DNA of 64,000 bases from NCBI GenBank assembly GCA_052327205.1, contig CM126222.1:70184001-70248000 (forward strand), written 5' to 3'. Below, piece by piece: positions 48,309-61,379 of the stretch. A model generated the notes under the pieces. That model saw only the letters and a list, made by a program, of their open reading frames with translations, was not told where the DNA came from and made no database searches. This DNA is from Somniosus microcephalus (taxonomy: Eukaryota). Made by a program: the position numbers and the translations under genes. Numbering within the stretch: the first letter of the stretch is position 1; every line of letters starts with the position of its first letter.

Positions 48309-49327
48309 AAAGGGGTATAAAATTAGGTACATTTAAACTTAACCTACTTGTATGTGGAGCATGTGAGAAATACTGTTTGCTGATCCCAACAGTGTTCATG
48401 GTAGATTCCAGACCTAGGATCAGTAAAGTTCTTAAAATCCATATTTGATGTAGAGAGTTAAGAAAATGCATGGAGCGCCAAAGAAATGAATCACCCTTTT
48501 CTTAATCAAAAGTCCTGACATTTAGCAGCAAGATCCATTTTTTACAAACACAAAAGCTCAGAACTCATCTATGAGAGATTGCATTAACACCCTGCAAATC
48601 AGTGAAATCTACTCTGAAAATTCTACAAAAGAAACCAATTTCAATCTGTTTGCAACGTTTCAACCATTTCTGACCCACACACAGGCTGACGATGCTTTAT
48701 TCTTAAATGCTGTAGCGGAACCAAACAGGTTAACTAAGCGCAGTAAGTAGCAGACAACGAACATGAATTTTGAACTAATAGCATCCTACATGTAGTTGGT
48801 TACTGTAGCTGTCTAGGAAACAAAACCTAACACATGTTCGGAGTTGATGTACCTTGAGGAAAGCCCAGGATACATGGATAGACTAACTTTAAATAGTATA
48901 ATCTGTCAGGCTAAGAGAATTACACTTTCATAGCCACTGTACAATGACTTTGCAGCTTGTCTGGCTGAGGATACCTGGGCATATCATTCAAGCATGCCCA
49001 CAGAAACCTGAAAAGAGCATATCTGGAGCTGTCCATAAGCTGTCTAACCTGAAAGAATAATGAGAGATGCGGGGCAGGGAACGAAACAACACTGAATTGT
49101 AAGGGAAAAAAATACAAGCATGTAAATTCCGTACAAAAGCAAATCCTCTTACAATTCAGCATGGATTGTGATAAATGAGGTTCTCATCAACCCAGTTTGT
49201 ATGTTTTAAGCAGTTTCATCATAGTCAGGTTGACTAATTCACTGTTTTCAGGGGAAAATGTTTTTGGCTTTGCGTAGTCCTATGTGGGGGGAGGGGAAGA
49301 GAGAGAAAGGTGGGTTAGCTTAAGTAT

Positions 49328-49400
49328 AAAATAACAGAAAACTCTGGAAAAACTCAGCAGGCCAGGCAGCATCGGTGGAGAGAGAAAGAGAGTTAACGTT
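49328..49400 (-). mobile_element. Penelope-like terminal remnant
   Basis: aacagaaaactctggaaaaactcagcaggccaggcagcatcggtggagagagaaagagagttaacgtt, reverse of the 21603-21670 motif. Confidence 0.7.
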
Positions 49401-49419
49401 AGTTTAAGTATGCCTCGTG

Positions 49420-50232
49420 CAATGTTGTCCAATACATTAGCCACATATGGCTATTTGGGAATCCAGAAGTGGCTAATTGCATTTTTGATTAGTAAATTAA
49501 AAAATGAGTAATAGACAGTTATTGAACATGTGCAATTTAACTGTTTTGTGCATTTATTGGTAAAATGGCAAGACGAAAAGCAGAATGAGAGTGTGTTTTT
49601 TGATCATTGTGTGCATTTTCTTCCTTGTTCACTGCTCATTAGTTATCTGCTAAAATGGTGTCTAACACGAGTGAAAATGCGGGCCTTCAGCACCATGGAA
49701 ACACCAATAAACATTGTATGGAGAAGGAAGCGGTGGTCATCGTGATCAGCACAACTAGAATAATCGCTCCAGGCCAGACGAGGAAATCAATCCCGACTAA
49801 TAACGAGCAACTCCCAACCGAGCACTTCATGCCAAAGGACAAGCAGCATCCAACCATGTTCTGGACGGCGAGCAGGGGAGGGCCTGGGTGGGTCTGGGTC
49901 TGGACGGGAGCGGGCCTGGCGCGTCTCATTGCTGAGAATGTTGACTCGCACAATCACTCTGATAAAGTCCCAACTGCTGGACACAAAGCTAGAAGCTGCA
50001 CCAAGGTGTGCCGTGTCTGATAAATTCAGGCCAGAGTTCCAAACTTTGGTGAAAGAGAAAGATTGCAATGTTTTCCACTGAATGGTGGTATATGTTTCAA
50101 TAAATATACACGTGAAGTACATTTACCCTGTATTGTGTCTGACATTTTCTACTAAAATTAGTGCAGGCGGCTAACACAGTGTCGCTGTGGCCACACCTGT
50201 GGCTAGTCAGCAATTTCGATTGGACAATGCAG
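49420..50232 (+). mobile_element. Internally deleted hAT (Charlie/MER3-like) DNA transposon, 813 bp
   Basis: TIR cores TTGTCCAAT / ATTGGACAA; 8-bp TSD GCCTCGTG / GCCTAGTG (7/8); subterminal agccac/gtggct motifs; transposase-like C-terminus at 49965-50081. Confidence 0.82.
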
Positions 50233-52489
50233 GCCTAGTGATGCATTGTGGGGATTGCAGGAGTTTGCTCGATTACTTTAATGATTCAGGGAGGAATTTC
50301 CCAGTATTTATTTGCAGGTTTTTCTGCCTCTCCAAGGAGTTAGCATTTCTAGCAGTTGGTGAACACTGATGGGCCAGGTGATTTAAAAAAAAAAAAAAAA
50401 AAATCTTGCTCTTCATATGTATGAATCACAGAATGCAATCCATAAATCCAAGAACATCCTGTGACAAGAACATAATTTGACTTATCTAGTGACTATTAAC
50501 CAGTGACCCTGATATTTGACCCAGCGTATCCTTTCCTACCTGTTTTGATATCCTCATCGTTCAACATTCCTGCCTCAACATATCGTTCCTTATCCAGGAA
50601 GAGAGGCAAGAACGTATGCACCAAAATGGACTTCAAAGCCAGCTTCAAAGCTAAATCAAAAAAATTCCTAGCTGGTGGCCTACTTTACAGGACAGATCTC
50701 CCTGCTAATTATTGTGTTCTACCATTCCCGAGATGGTGTACTCTTAACACCAAGGTAGGAACTACAAGACACATGCAGAGGGTAGGCTGACTTCAGTGTT
50801 ATTCATGGCTGGTGCTCAGGTTGTATGAATAGAAATTCAATACATCACTGCTACCAAACACTTTCTCGCCCAATTTTAAATGGTAATATGGTACGAAGGT
50901 CCCCTGACAGTCTGGTACAGTAGTTCCAATGGTAGAATCCTGTAATCCCAAACCACAAGGGTCAAAATTTCAATGCCAGCATTCAATTACTTTTGAACCT
51001 GCCTTGGGTGAATTTTGCTTGTTCTCATCACGACAGACTCCCAAACACCATTTCAAATGGAGAAAAATTTCCACTTGGGAGGTTAGCCACACTTCGAGGA
51101 GATGGACAGAAAGAAACAGAAATGTGAAGCCAATGTGGTATTTTTCTAACATTTTGGTAAATATAGGTGAGACACCGTTATGTTTGTATAGAAGATAGAC
51201 AACAAAAACAGAAGTTAATTTCACAAACATACCAGCTATCGACTGTAGATCAATGGAGGCAAAGCAATGATTTGGTTTGCAAACATGTTTATGCAAAATA
51301 AAAAGGCTCTCAGAGACAGAATTATACTGATATGTAGGTAATGAGATTTTTTTCCCTAAAAGCTGATATGTGCCAAGCATTTTGTGCACTCTTGGCAAGT
51401 AGTGCTTCGGTATTTTAAAAAAAAATCCGTCAGCTGCTGTTTGATCAAATGAGCCCAATCAGGCCTGTATAGTGCATTAATAGCCTCTGGGATACAAGTG
51501 AAGAGAAATTATCTAGGACACAAAGTCTGGGATAGATCCTATGGGTAGACAGCATCCTCATGGGAGAAAAAAAAATCTGATTTAATGACAAAGATGAATT
51601 ATTCAAGATCCAACAAATTTAATTCTAGAAATCATTCACCTAAATGACCACACCACCTATTTTCCTGAAGCCAGTATTGCACACGTACTCTGATAATATG
51701 GGAGGGGGGAGAGGTGCCAAGAGCTATAATGAAATGTTGCCAGCAGTTCATTTCTAATCCAACCTTCATTACTACAGATGGAAGCTATACACAAAAGTAA
51801 TGGAATTATCTAAAACATAACTGGCCTTACATAATGTGACACTAAAACACAAATTCAAACTTTTAAAACCACATGTAAACATTGTCAGAGACATCAGTTA
51901 ATTCATTGCTAACAATGCTCTATTTATTTAGTTATGCACAAACATGCAAAGTCAATCGGAATCTGGGACCAAAAGTTATTTTTAGAAATTAAGGGCAAAT
52001 TTTGCTCCTCTCAAACATTCCTCCCTTCAGCTCCTTCACATGCTCTTCTGTGCCACATGTCTGAGAGGGAATGAACAGTTAGTCCGTTACCAGAACTCTG
52101 GCTACTTCTACTCCTAGGCCAACCACCAGGAGGCGTATAACAGCTACAATCTAGCACCAAGATCGGAGGCAGAGAAAGTCTTGTGTTCTGTTCATCAGGA
52201 GCTGAGCAGAGGAAAATCAAATTTGCATCCTCCCATTCCATGGCTACCATTTGTTTTCCACAGCGCTGGTGCATTTTGTTCCAGTTAGATTCAGATCAGA
52301 CATAACACTGGACCACTTTAATTTTTAAATGTTGTTGGAATACGAGCGACCTTTGAGACGGTGTGGGCCTTCTTGCACCACTGTCTGTGGAGCTTCCAGG
52401 ATGGTGCTAGATAGTCATTCCTTAAAGAATATCGTATGTATGTCCCAGTCAGGACGTATATGTTGGTTTAACATTTCTTTTGAAGGGAG

Positions 52490-52630
52490 GCACTTTTGAC
52501 AATGTAACACTTCCCCCAGTACTAGACTGAAGTGTCAGTCAGGATTAGGAGCTCAAATCTTAGTGCGGTTTAAACCTACCACCTTTGGACTCCATGCTAG
52601 CAGTGGTACCAACTGAGCCAAGCTGGCACT
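52490..52630 (-). mobile_element. Deu-SINE head fragment
   Basis: cccccagtactagactgaagtgtcagtc...gtggtaccaactgagcca is the reverse of a tRNA-like head. Confidence 0.6.
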
Positions 52631-52744
52631 TCTACATTCAGCCTACCCTATCTGAATGTATTGACTCTAACTTCTTCTCATGACTATCAACCTACTTAAT
52701 TCTGTTTGCTCACAACGTAGATATGCAGTACCTTTACTCTAAAG

Positions 52745-53212
52745 CAGGGGTTCCCAAATTGTGGGACGCGAGGCATCTCTGGGGGCTGCACGGGAAAAAA
52801 TTGTCTAATGGTGGATTTTATTTATTAATTATTTTATTTACTGCATTTTTATAATAGGCTACTAAGACAAAACTTTAAAACTGTGCGGGAAATCGTTATA
52901 TTAAGTATAATAATTTACTTCAAGATGTACCAATGAGAAAACAGATACACAGTGACGATGACGAACAGAACCCTCACCTCCAATCATCAAACACTACAGC
53001 GTGCTTTCAGTTGTCCAGCAACTGTCCAGTCTAACTGAGCTCAGAACGAAGTCGGATTTTTTTTTGGCTGTATACGTCGCACTATAACTATATCTGCCGG
53101 AACATAACAGTGAAAAGGGGTTTAAAATATTAAACCTGTATGCTGGTAGGGGCACGCGGGCAGTTGGTAGATCGGAAGGGAGTACACAATATGTAAAGTT
53201 TGGGAACCTCTG
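52745..53212. mobile_element. hAT-Charlie-type MITE, 468 bp
   Basis: TIR CAGGGGTTCCCAAA versus reverse complement CAGAGGTTCCCAAA (13/14); perfect 8-bp TSD CTCTAAAG at 52737-52744 and 53213-53220. Confidence 0.93.
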
Positions 53213-53629
53213 CTCTAAAGAGGCAACATCCTCATGACTTAACCCATTTACAAATGTGAAAATTAAACAAGAAATACGTATAGATTTTACCATTTGTTGT
53301 GACTTTATAGCAAAGAAAACACTGCACATACTACCATATAATAACTAATAGCGTACAATTTAAGCTGTATATCCCATTTGTTTCTCACCCCATGGCTGCT
53401 TAGTCACATTAACATATTACTTCAAACATTAATTAGTTGCTTTCAAAGTGTAGTCACTGTTATATTGATGGCCTAAGGACACGATATGGTGCTATATTCA
53501 TGAATGTTCTTTCTTTCAAGTTTATATTTGCAAAATAGATTTCACTTTGATGCCACAATTTCAAGTCAAACTCATTTTTTCCCTCTAAGCAATTTTTTGG
53601 AAGCTTTTAAAAAAGTGATAAAACACTAA

Positions 53630-54253
53630 GGCCTAGAAATTCAGTTGCTTGCGCCACCAGTTTGCGCCCAAAGAGGCCACTCAGAGGCTTTAGCGCCACT
53701 GGCCACAACCACCGTGATATCTAGCGCTGCGCTGCCACCGATGACGTCATCGGTGTGCGCAGCGCCCCGCACGCCATATTAGGTCGCGCCCGCCTCTTCC
53801 GCGCCGGCCACAAATAGCGACCGGTACACAGGGGCCAACCTGTGGCGGTAGTGGCGCTAGTTAAGGTGGAGGTGCGGCCGGCCGCTTTTTCGGCGGCCGC
53901 CTGCCCCCCCCCCCCCCACCCGCCAGCGGCGCCGGCTGTTTCCCCGAGAGCCCGGCACTTCTCCTTGGTGCCGGGCTCATTTGCCGGCACTCGCGAGCGG
54001 GGATCGCGCTGTTGCAGGCACCTCCCCCTTAACAGTGGGAGGAAGGCCTGCAGTACCGCAGCGTGCCGTAGCGGCACTTTGCGCACCGATATTCAGTTTC
54101 AGCGCCCCAAGCGGGGCGCGGGAAGCCTCGTTTAGCGGCCCGCTTCCATTTGGGGCGCAGAAACTGAATATCCCGATGGCGCAAGTGGCTCCGCGCGCAG
54201 CGGTAATTCCGGCGCCCAGGCGAGCTTGGCGCCCCAAACTGAATTATTAGCCC
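53630..54253. mobile_element. CpG-rich PIF/Harbinger-type MITE, 624 bp
   Basis: TIR GGCCTAGAAATTCAGTT versus reverse complement GGGCTAATAATTCAGTT (14/17); TAA TSD on both sides; internal 23-bp inverted repeat. Confidence 0.85.
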
Positions 54254-55014
54254 TAACTGTTGTAAGGGTTGGTCAACTGATTATATGCCTGCCGTGGCTA
54301 ATGCAGCAAGAAAACATTAGTTTTAATTCTTGCATTGGAAAAGTCAATACACTCTACCAGCAAATAACTATGTACAGTTTACCCTCATCTTTAAAAACAC
54401 TGAATAAGTACAATATTTTACAGCAAATACTAAAACAGCTCACAGTAATAACAAACCATTTGCGCAAATGGCAATGCATCAACTCAGGTTCTCAAAAAGG
54501 CAATAAACCCACATTTCTGTAAACTCCAACAAACTCAATATGAAAGGCAGCTGTCGCGCTTTATGCTACAATCAAATTCTTTACATGCTGGGCTGTAAAT
54601 TCCATTCTCTTTCCTTCCCACCAAGTTGAACTCCAGTTCCTTTCTCCACATTGATTGTTAAAAAAAAAAATCAGTGAAAGAAAAAAGTTCCTTTTAAGCT
54701 TGCAACGCTATTTTTAATGACCAACAACTATTCTGACCACCGCCTTCTCCTAGAAATCATTGTAAATCTACGCCATTATATAAATTTTAAAAAGTTTTTG
54801 CCCAGTAATGTTTCTACTCTCTCTCATAATTCACCACCTCCTGGGTATGATGAACCCTTAGGTATCTGACAATCATGCTTATCTTGATATGGCTACAAGG
54901 TGGCTTTCATTGATAGCCCAAAAAGGGAGGAATTGGGAAAGAACATTGTCCCTCTGATTATCACGCACCAGGTGAATCTGGCTTTTGGTAGATGCCTTCT
55001 GCAGCTGAGGTGGA

Positions 55015-55360
55015 GAGCACTGTCGGAGGTGCCGTCTTTCAGATGCGACGTTAAACCGAGGCCTCCCCCGTCTGCTCACTCAGGTGAACATAAAAGATCC
55101 TATGGCACTACTTCGAAGAAGAGCAGGGGGGCGTTATCCCCGGTGTCGTAGCCAATATTTATCCCTCAACCAACATAACAAACAGATTAGCTGGTCATTA
55201 TCACATTGCTGTTTGTGGGAGCTTGCTGTGCGCAAACTGGCTGCCGCGTTTCCTACAACAGTGACTACATTTTTTAAAAAGTACTTAATTGGCTGTAAAG
55301 CGCTTTGGGAAGGGACGGTGGTCATGAAAGGCGCTATAAAAATGCAAGTCTTTCTTTCTT
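55015..55360 (+). mobile_element. Deu-domain SINE (SacSINE1/AmnSINE1-like) with L2-derived tail
   Basis: gcactgtcggaggtgccgtctttcagatg...atggcactacttcgaagaagagcagggg...attgctgtttgtgggagcttgctgtgcgcaaa; tail aaaggcgctataaaaatgcaagtctttctttcttt. Confidence 0.88.
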
Positions 55361-56332
55361 TTCACAGTGTGGGTTATAACACGCCCAAAATGATAAATCT
55401 TACCACACCATGGAACAGTGCATTGGAACTCAATGAATTATGCACCACACTTCTCAAAACTACTGTATTTGCATTGTCTATTGACAATACTTTAGCCACA
55501 TCAATAACTGTACTGACTTGTCATTATCAAGGTGTGCATTGGACACCAGGTTTCAAACCATACATTGTTATAACACAAGGATTCAAAACTTGGATATATC
55601 TCACCCTAAAAAGTCACCCTGCACTGCATCATACCATACTGCAGTTTTTGAAAGTGGTCTCTGCATTCATAGTTTTATGACTCTCTGAATGACTTTTTAA
55701 ATAAATATTCAGGGGCAGGGAGGTGCTGTAATCAGCAACCAAAACACGGTCACCAGCCCAACATCCTCTTGGTGTTTTTTCTGCCGTCAATGACACTACT
55801 TTTGCCACCATTGTGCTATGGTGGGAGAACAAAACACAGTGGAAGTTGTATCTGGCATCCCCAACTGTTGGAAACCCACAAAAAAAAGGTAGGTTACATC
55901 TTAAGCAGGCTTTTTAACATTTATAAAAACAATGACGGGAAATAGGAGTTGAATCATGCATTCATTTAGCCGCTGCTTGCAACAATAAATTGGGTAAACA
56001 ATAGTTACAGGGGTGCTACTTGAAGCAATCCTCAAATAAAAATGTTTGAAACTATCAGCAAAATAATGTTTGCAATTTGCAGGTCTATTTTAACTGCAGG
56101 TGCTTTATCTGGATCAACTAGATTATACTGATCCACTCAAGCAATGATTTATAACTGATGTGCCCCATTCAGGAAAGGCAGTTTTATACAGAAAGAAAAT
56201 AGTCAAGTGGGTACCGTCCTATATTGGTAGACCGTCTCGGAGAAAGAGTCTATTGCATTGCTCCCTATTTTAAAAGTCAATGTAAAGAATCCTGAATCAG
56301 GAGTAGGTTCAGATAAGCTTTACTATATATTA

Positions 56333-56444
56333 GTGGCCGTGTAACCGGGGTACCTGGATCTGTGGCCGTGTAACCGGGACTCCTGCACAAGTGCCGTGTA
56401 ACCGGGGCTCCTGCACCCGTGGCCGTGTACGGGGCTCTCGTACC
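56333..56444. repeat. ~29-bp minisatellite, 4 units (core GTGGCCGTGTAACCGGG)
   Basis: Units start at 56333, 56362, 56391 and 56419. Confidence 0.92.
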
Positions 56445-56524
56445 TTGGTAAGTATACCTCTCTGTAATCTGGACTTTTTGATCAACCGGCACCACGCCAG
56501 TCCCGGATAAAAAAGAGTTTCCTG
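56445..56524. mobile_element. Right end of a Tc1/mariner-type MITE related to 11770-12096
   Basis: cacgccagtcccggataaaaaagagtttcctg|ta versus cacgccggtcccggatatcacaaagtttcctg|ta; left TIR not clearly found. Confidence 0.6.
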
Positions 56525-57273
56525 TAATTTGTTTTTACATATTAATTGTTTGCATGCTACTATTGAAAACGATCTTAGTGGTGATGTCATTTCTGGTACC
56601 AGTTCATGCCAAAGATGTGGTTTTAAATGTAACCGTATTAACTTTATGCTTACTATGCAACACACAAGCTCAATGTTTAAGTTGCCAATTTCACAGATTC
56701 ATTTATTCCTGAACTTTAGCACTCAAATTCAAGTTGGTGTAGTGGCTGCTTTACAACATTGAACTTGGAGAGCGGTCTAATTCCAATTGTGACTGATATT
56801 CACCTGAAGCTCCAATAGTCTCCACCAGGCATGAGCCGATGGGAAAACTGCTTTGCACGGTGATCCTTATCCGCAGCGCTTGGGTGCACTTTCAAACAGG
56901 TCAAACAAGCAGCAGCACTGGAGAGGGGATAAATGTTGCAAAATCTTAACCAACCACTGAAGTAGTATGTAAATGCCTAGAAGAGACTAGATTTCATTAG
57001 GAAATCCTGATTTGTGCAATTGTTTCCATTCTTACTAATTAAAATACATGAATCTGGCACAACATATTCACAAACTATTTATCACTGCAGCATCTGACTC
57101 AAAACAGCCAAGGCTGCTCCATCTTTTCATGGTGCCCTTTTTAAATGGTTTTAACTGAAGTGTAACCAGCCCTTTGCAAATCACATGTGTGAGCCAGCAA
57201 CTCAGAGGAAATGCTAAAAAAGAAAAAAAGTGCCAACCTTACAGTCTAATCTATCCAATAAAAAAATTTCATC

Positions 57274-57300
57274 TGGGGGGGGGGGGGGGGGGGGGGGGGG
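57274..57300. repeat. Poly-G run (others at ~6047-6061 and ~42139-42161)
   Basis: Homopolymer seen directly. Confidence 0.95.
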
Positions 57301-57801
57301 AGGGGGAAGACGGAAACCACACAGCTCAAGTCATAATTCCCTCGGGACATTTTTGAGCAACACATTAATCTCCAGTCTGTTCTTCGTTAAGGTGTGACAA
57401 TGATCAAAATTCTAACCCCCTCCCCACTCAGAAAATTAAATATTCAATCCATTAATAGAAAAGGTACTCATTCAAACAAATGAGTTTGCTGCATCAACTT
57501 ATGCAGAACACATGCGACGGCCTGCGTTCCTTGACTGCTGCTCGAACCGACTCCCCCACTGTTTGTGTACTATTTTTAGTGTTATTAGGCACGTATCCAA
57601 GCCTTTCATATATTACGACATCATTACATGAATATGCAAACAGATTCTGAAAAGTCAGAGAAAATTCCATGGCTTATTTTGCAACATTTGATATTGTTCA
57701 GTTAGTTAACAACTGTTTGCAGTGTAGTATTGTACTATTAACCCTTACAGCATTTTGCAAAGAGCCATAACTATTCTGTTGCACAAAAAAGCAGCCCTTG
57801 C

Positions 57802-57910
57802 ATAGAATCAGAGCACAGAAAGAGGCCATTTGGCCCATTGCACCTGTGCTGGCTCTTTGAAAGAACTATCCAATTAGTCCCACTCCCCTGCTCTTTTCCC
57901 CATAGCCCTG
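57802..57910 (-). mobile_element. CR1 type B tail fragment
   Basis: atagaatcagagcacagaaagaggccatttggccc...ccccatagccctg. Confidence 0.75.
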
Positions 57911-57914
57911 ATTT

Positions 57915-58717
57915 AAGAACATAAGAAACAGGAGCAGGAGTAGGCCAATCGGCCCCTCATGGCTGATCCAATCTTGTCCTCAACTCCACTTTCCCGCTCT
58001 CTCCCCATACCCCTCAACTCCCTTGTAGTTCAAATGTCTGTCAATCTCCGCCTTGAATATATTCAGTGACTCCGCCTCCACAGCTCTCTGGGGCAGAGAA
58101 TTCCAAAGATTCACGACCCTCAGAGAAGAAATTCCTCCTCATCTCCGTCTTAAATGGGCGACCCCTTATTCTGAAACTATGCCCCCTCGTTCTAGATACC
58201 CCCACTCGGGGAAACATCCTCTCAGCATCCACCCTGTCAATCCCCCTCAGAATCTTATAGGTTTCAATAAGATCACCTCGCATTCTTCTAAACTCCAATA
58301 AGTATAGGTCCAACCTGCTCAATCTTTCGTCATACGTCAACCCCTTCATCCCAGGAATCAACCTAGTGAACCTTTTCTGCACTGCCTCCAATGCAAGTAT
58401 ATCCTTCCTTAAATATGGAGACCAAAACTGTACGCAGTATTCAAGGTGTGGTCTCACCAGCGCCCTGTAAAGTTGCATCAAAACTTCCCTACTTTTATAC
58501 GCCATACCCCTTGCAATAAAGGCGATCATTCCATTAGCCTTCTAATTACTTGCTGTGCCTGCATGCTAACTTTTTGTGTTTCATGTACTCGGACCCCCAG
58601 GTCCCTTTGTACCGCAGCATTTTGTAGTCTCACTCCATTTAAATAATAATTTGCTTTTTCATTCTTCCTTCCAAAGTGGATTAACCTCACATTTTCCCAC
58701 ATTGTACTCCATCTGCC
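57915..58717 (-). mobile_element. CR1 3' fragment (type A)
   Basis: ORF 58041..58529 contains [42 protein letters not shown]. Confidence 0.93.
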
Positions 58718-59325
58718 AAAGTACTTTAAGTGCCATAGAAAGTTTACAAAGTGTAATTTTATAGGAATTTAAATCCAAATTGAAAACTCTCCATTCTGTG
58801 TTTCTGACCTCACCTGAGCTGCCATGGGCAAGCTGAGCAGAGACACAAGACGCTGTCCCACAGGCACACAAAGATAACAATTAAAGAGCAAACCAACTCA
58901 TTTTCCTGCACCTTCCAACAGACACTTAGTATAGCAGAGGCCTAGAAGTAATTTGTTTATATGTCAATTATCTGAGTCAGCAATGGATACAGGTGATTGA
59001 TGGGGTGGGGGAGAAAAAGAACTTGGAAAGGAAAGAAGTGGGGGAGAGAAAAGGTGCAGAAGCAACTGCAAATTACATCTTCAGAGATTTTTGAATAAGA
59101 TATTTAGCCTCACAGGCCCTGGTCTTCTGGAACCAGCCTCTTCACATATACACAAACCTTGCACCAATAGTACTTAAGTGACCCATTATAATTTACACCA
59201 AGAGGTGAACATTAGTCTATCATCACACCCTTAATTCATATTATAGAAGAGGGCATTTAACACTATTTCTTTTCATCGAACAGTTTTTGTTACCCATACA
59301 TTGCTTCAGTCAATTGTTCAGTTCA

Positions 59326-59513
59326 ATAAAAATTGACCCTTAGTGTTAGGGGGGATTAAATACGTGGGGTTACGGGGATAGGGCTTGGGTGGGATGGCTG
59401 TCGGTGTAGGGACCGGGTGCTAGGGTTTGGATGATCAGCCATGATCTCGTTGAATGGCGGAGCAGGCTCGAAGGGCCGAATGGCCTACTCCTGCTCCTAT
59501 CTTCTATGTTTCT
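59326..59513 (+). mobile_element. 5'-truncated HE1-type SINE (type A tail)
   Basis: Nearly identical to 22976-23160. Confidence 0.9.
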
Positions 59514-61379
59514 GCAGCTGAGAATGGTTCTGCCAGAAATCGTTAAATACAGCGCTCATGTTTCTTTTACACAGTAAAATGTCATCCAGAAAAGGTGAAT
59601 GCTGGAATAGGCCAGGTATCCGTATCGTTCACAGATCTCATCATTAAACTAGAATTTTGTATCAATCCAGCAATTTCCAGATTCAGGCTTGTAAGCAACA
59701 CATCAAGATTATAAAATAAATATCCGACAAAAGTGATTCAATGGATTCACAATCTGTTGTGGTCACGAGAAGCCCAAAGACTGAACCAGCAATCCCATCA
59801 TGGACTACAGTGTCACAATAGTTCTCTGGCATTCCAAGGTACCAAACCAGAAATTACTTTCTTTGTGAATTCAAACACCTAGGAGCCATAGCAGTAAACT
59901 ATTGACCGGAAGGAAGGTCACTTAAGTAATCAAGTGCATGTCTTATGATGCCCAAACATGAAGGCTTTAAGATATTCAAAAGTAATTTCTATGACCCAAG
60001 GAAAAGTTTACCTTTAATACGTCAAAACTGCATATTTAGACATATTAGTTTTATTCCACCCTTAGGAATAAAACTTTCAAAATGGGAAATTAATTTCACC
60101 AAATTTGTATAGGCAAATGGGAAGTCGTCTATCTAGTCTTTTGACAGCAGCAGATATTTTGTAGACAGCAGTAAATACTACGTTCTAGCAGCTATTCATT
60201 TAGTCAATACCATTAGTCTTTGATCCAAGTATAATGACACCTTTATAGAACCCTTCAACGCAAAATGGAATACATTGGTGGTTACAAGGTGAGGAAGGGT
60301 GCTTGGGAACCTTGGCCCTTGTATGCTCATGGCACCGAGAAAAGTGATGCAGTACAGATTCTCATAGAAATCACAAAAATGGCACAGAGTAACAGATCAT
60401 ATTTACCACTTGCCCATTATGTGTATCAAACTATACTCAAAGCAAAGTTTAGAAAGTGGGGAAACACCAGCAAACACAGGATAGAGGACAATGTAAATAG
60501 GTTCAACGATATATTCGTTAGTCAGCCTTTCTCAAAAGTTGCAGGAAAAGAATGGCTCAAAGAACTACCCCTAGTTTATATTCAAGCCAGCTTGCTGGAA
60601 AGTCATATAAACAGGTTTTAATGAGAGGCTGTGTACAGCATCCTACTGACAGGTACTACTAGGTTATATGGAACACAACATTCCAAAAAGCAATGTCTAA
60701 CATATCATGTGCTACAGTGTCCTGCTGACAGACACAGTATGTTTCACATATATTGACAAGATGGTTAGCAGCAAGTTTGAAGGTAAGCAATTTAATCTAG
60801 TAATCCTCGACAATGCCAAACTGCCAGAACCAGCTTAAATTGCACTCTGCACCACCCTACAACTAAATACTTTTTTTAAATATACAGAACTATACATTAA
60901 CTCTTATGGTTGCAGAAATGCAGCATGATGTAGGTAAAAGAATAAAAAGGACAATGATGCACCAACTTTAATATGACATTTGTGACAGGTACAAGGCTAA
61001 ATTTTCTCATCCCAGATTCTCCCAAGGAAGACCTCCTTTAGATGTTGTCTAAATCAGTTTATTTTGTATTACAAATTAATATTTCGACATAGTCCTGAAC
61101 ATGCTTTAACAAAAAACTTACCCATCTGATTTCAGTCACTTGGATTAATCCAACTATAGCTATATTAATAAGAAACTGCAATCATCCAGTTAGAATGTTA
61201 GGATAATTCAAGCCACCATAAAGAAATATTTAAAAGCACAATGATGTCTTAAAGTGGCTTAGATAGGGGAACTAATGATAATCAGAATAGTATTTTTACA
61301 ACACGGAACTCAAATTGACAGTTACTTAGAGGTTACAAAACTAGCTGGGAAGCAGAAAAGATTTTCCCAGTGCAATAAC

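Noticed and set aside
53630-54253. CpG-rich block as the SMURF2 promoter or exon 1, with overlapping GC-rich ORFs
   Set aside because: No MSNPG...RLT-like coding segment with a donor was found. The block is bounded by TIRs and a TAA duplication, and the ORFs reflect high GC content.
55084-55680. 198-aa plus-strand ORF (also 50970..51458, 60265..60621, 1849..2082)
   Set aside because: These run through SINE or decayed LINE sequence or AT-rich intron, with no recognisable domains and mostly non-ATG starts.
56333-56444. CRISPR-like repeat-spacer appearance
   Set aside because: Eukaryotic intron; the variable parts are only ~11 nt and related to each other; no cas genes.
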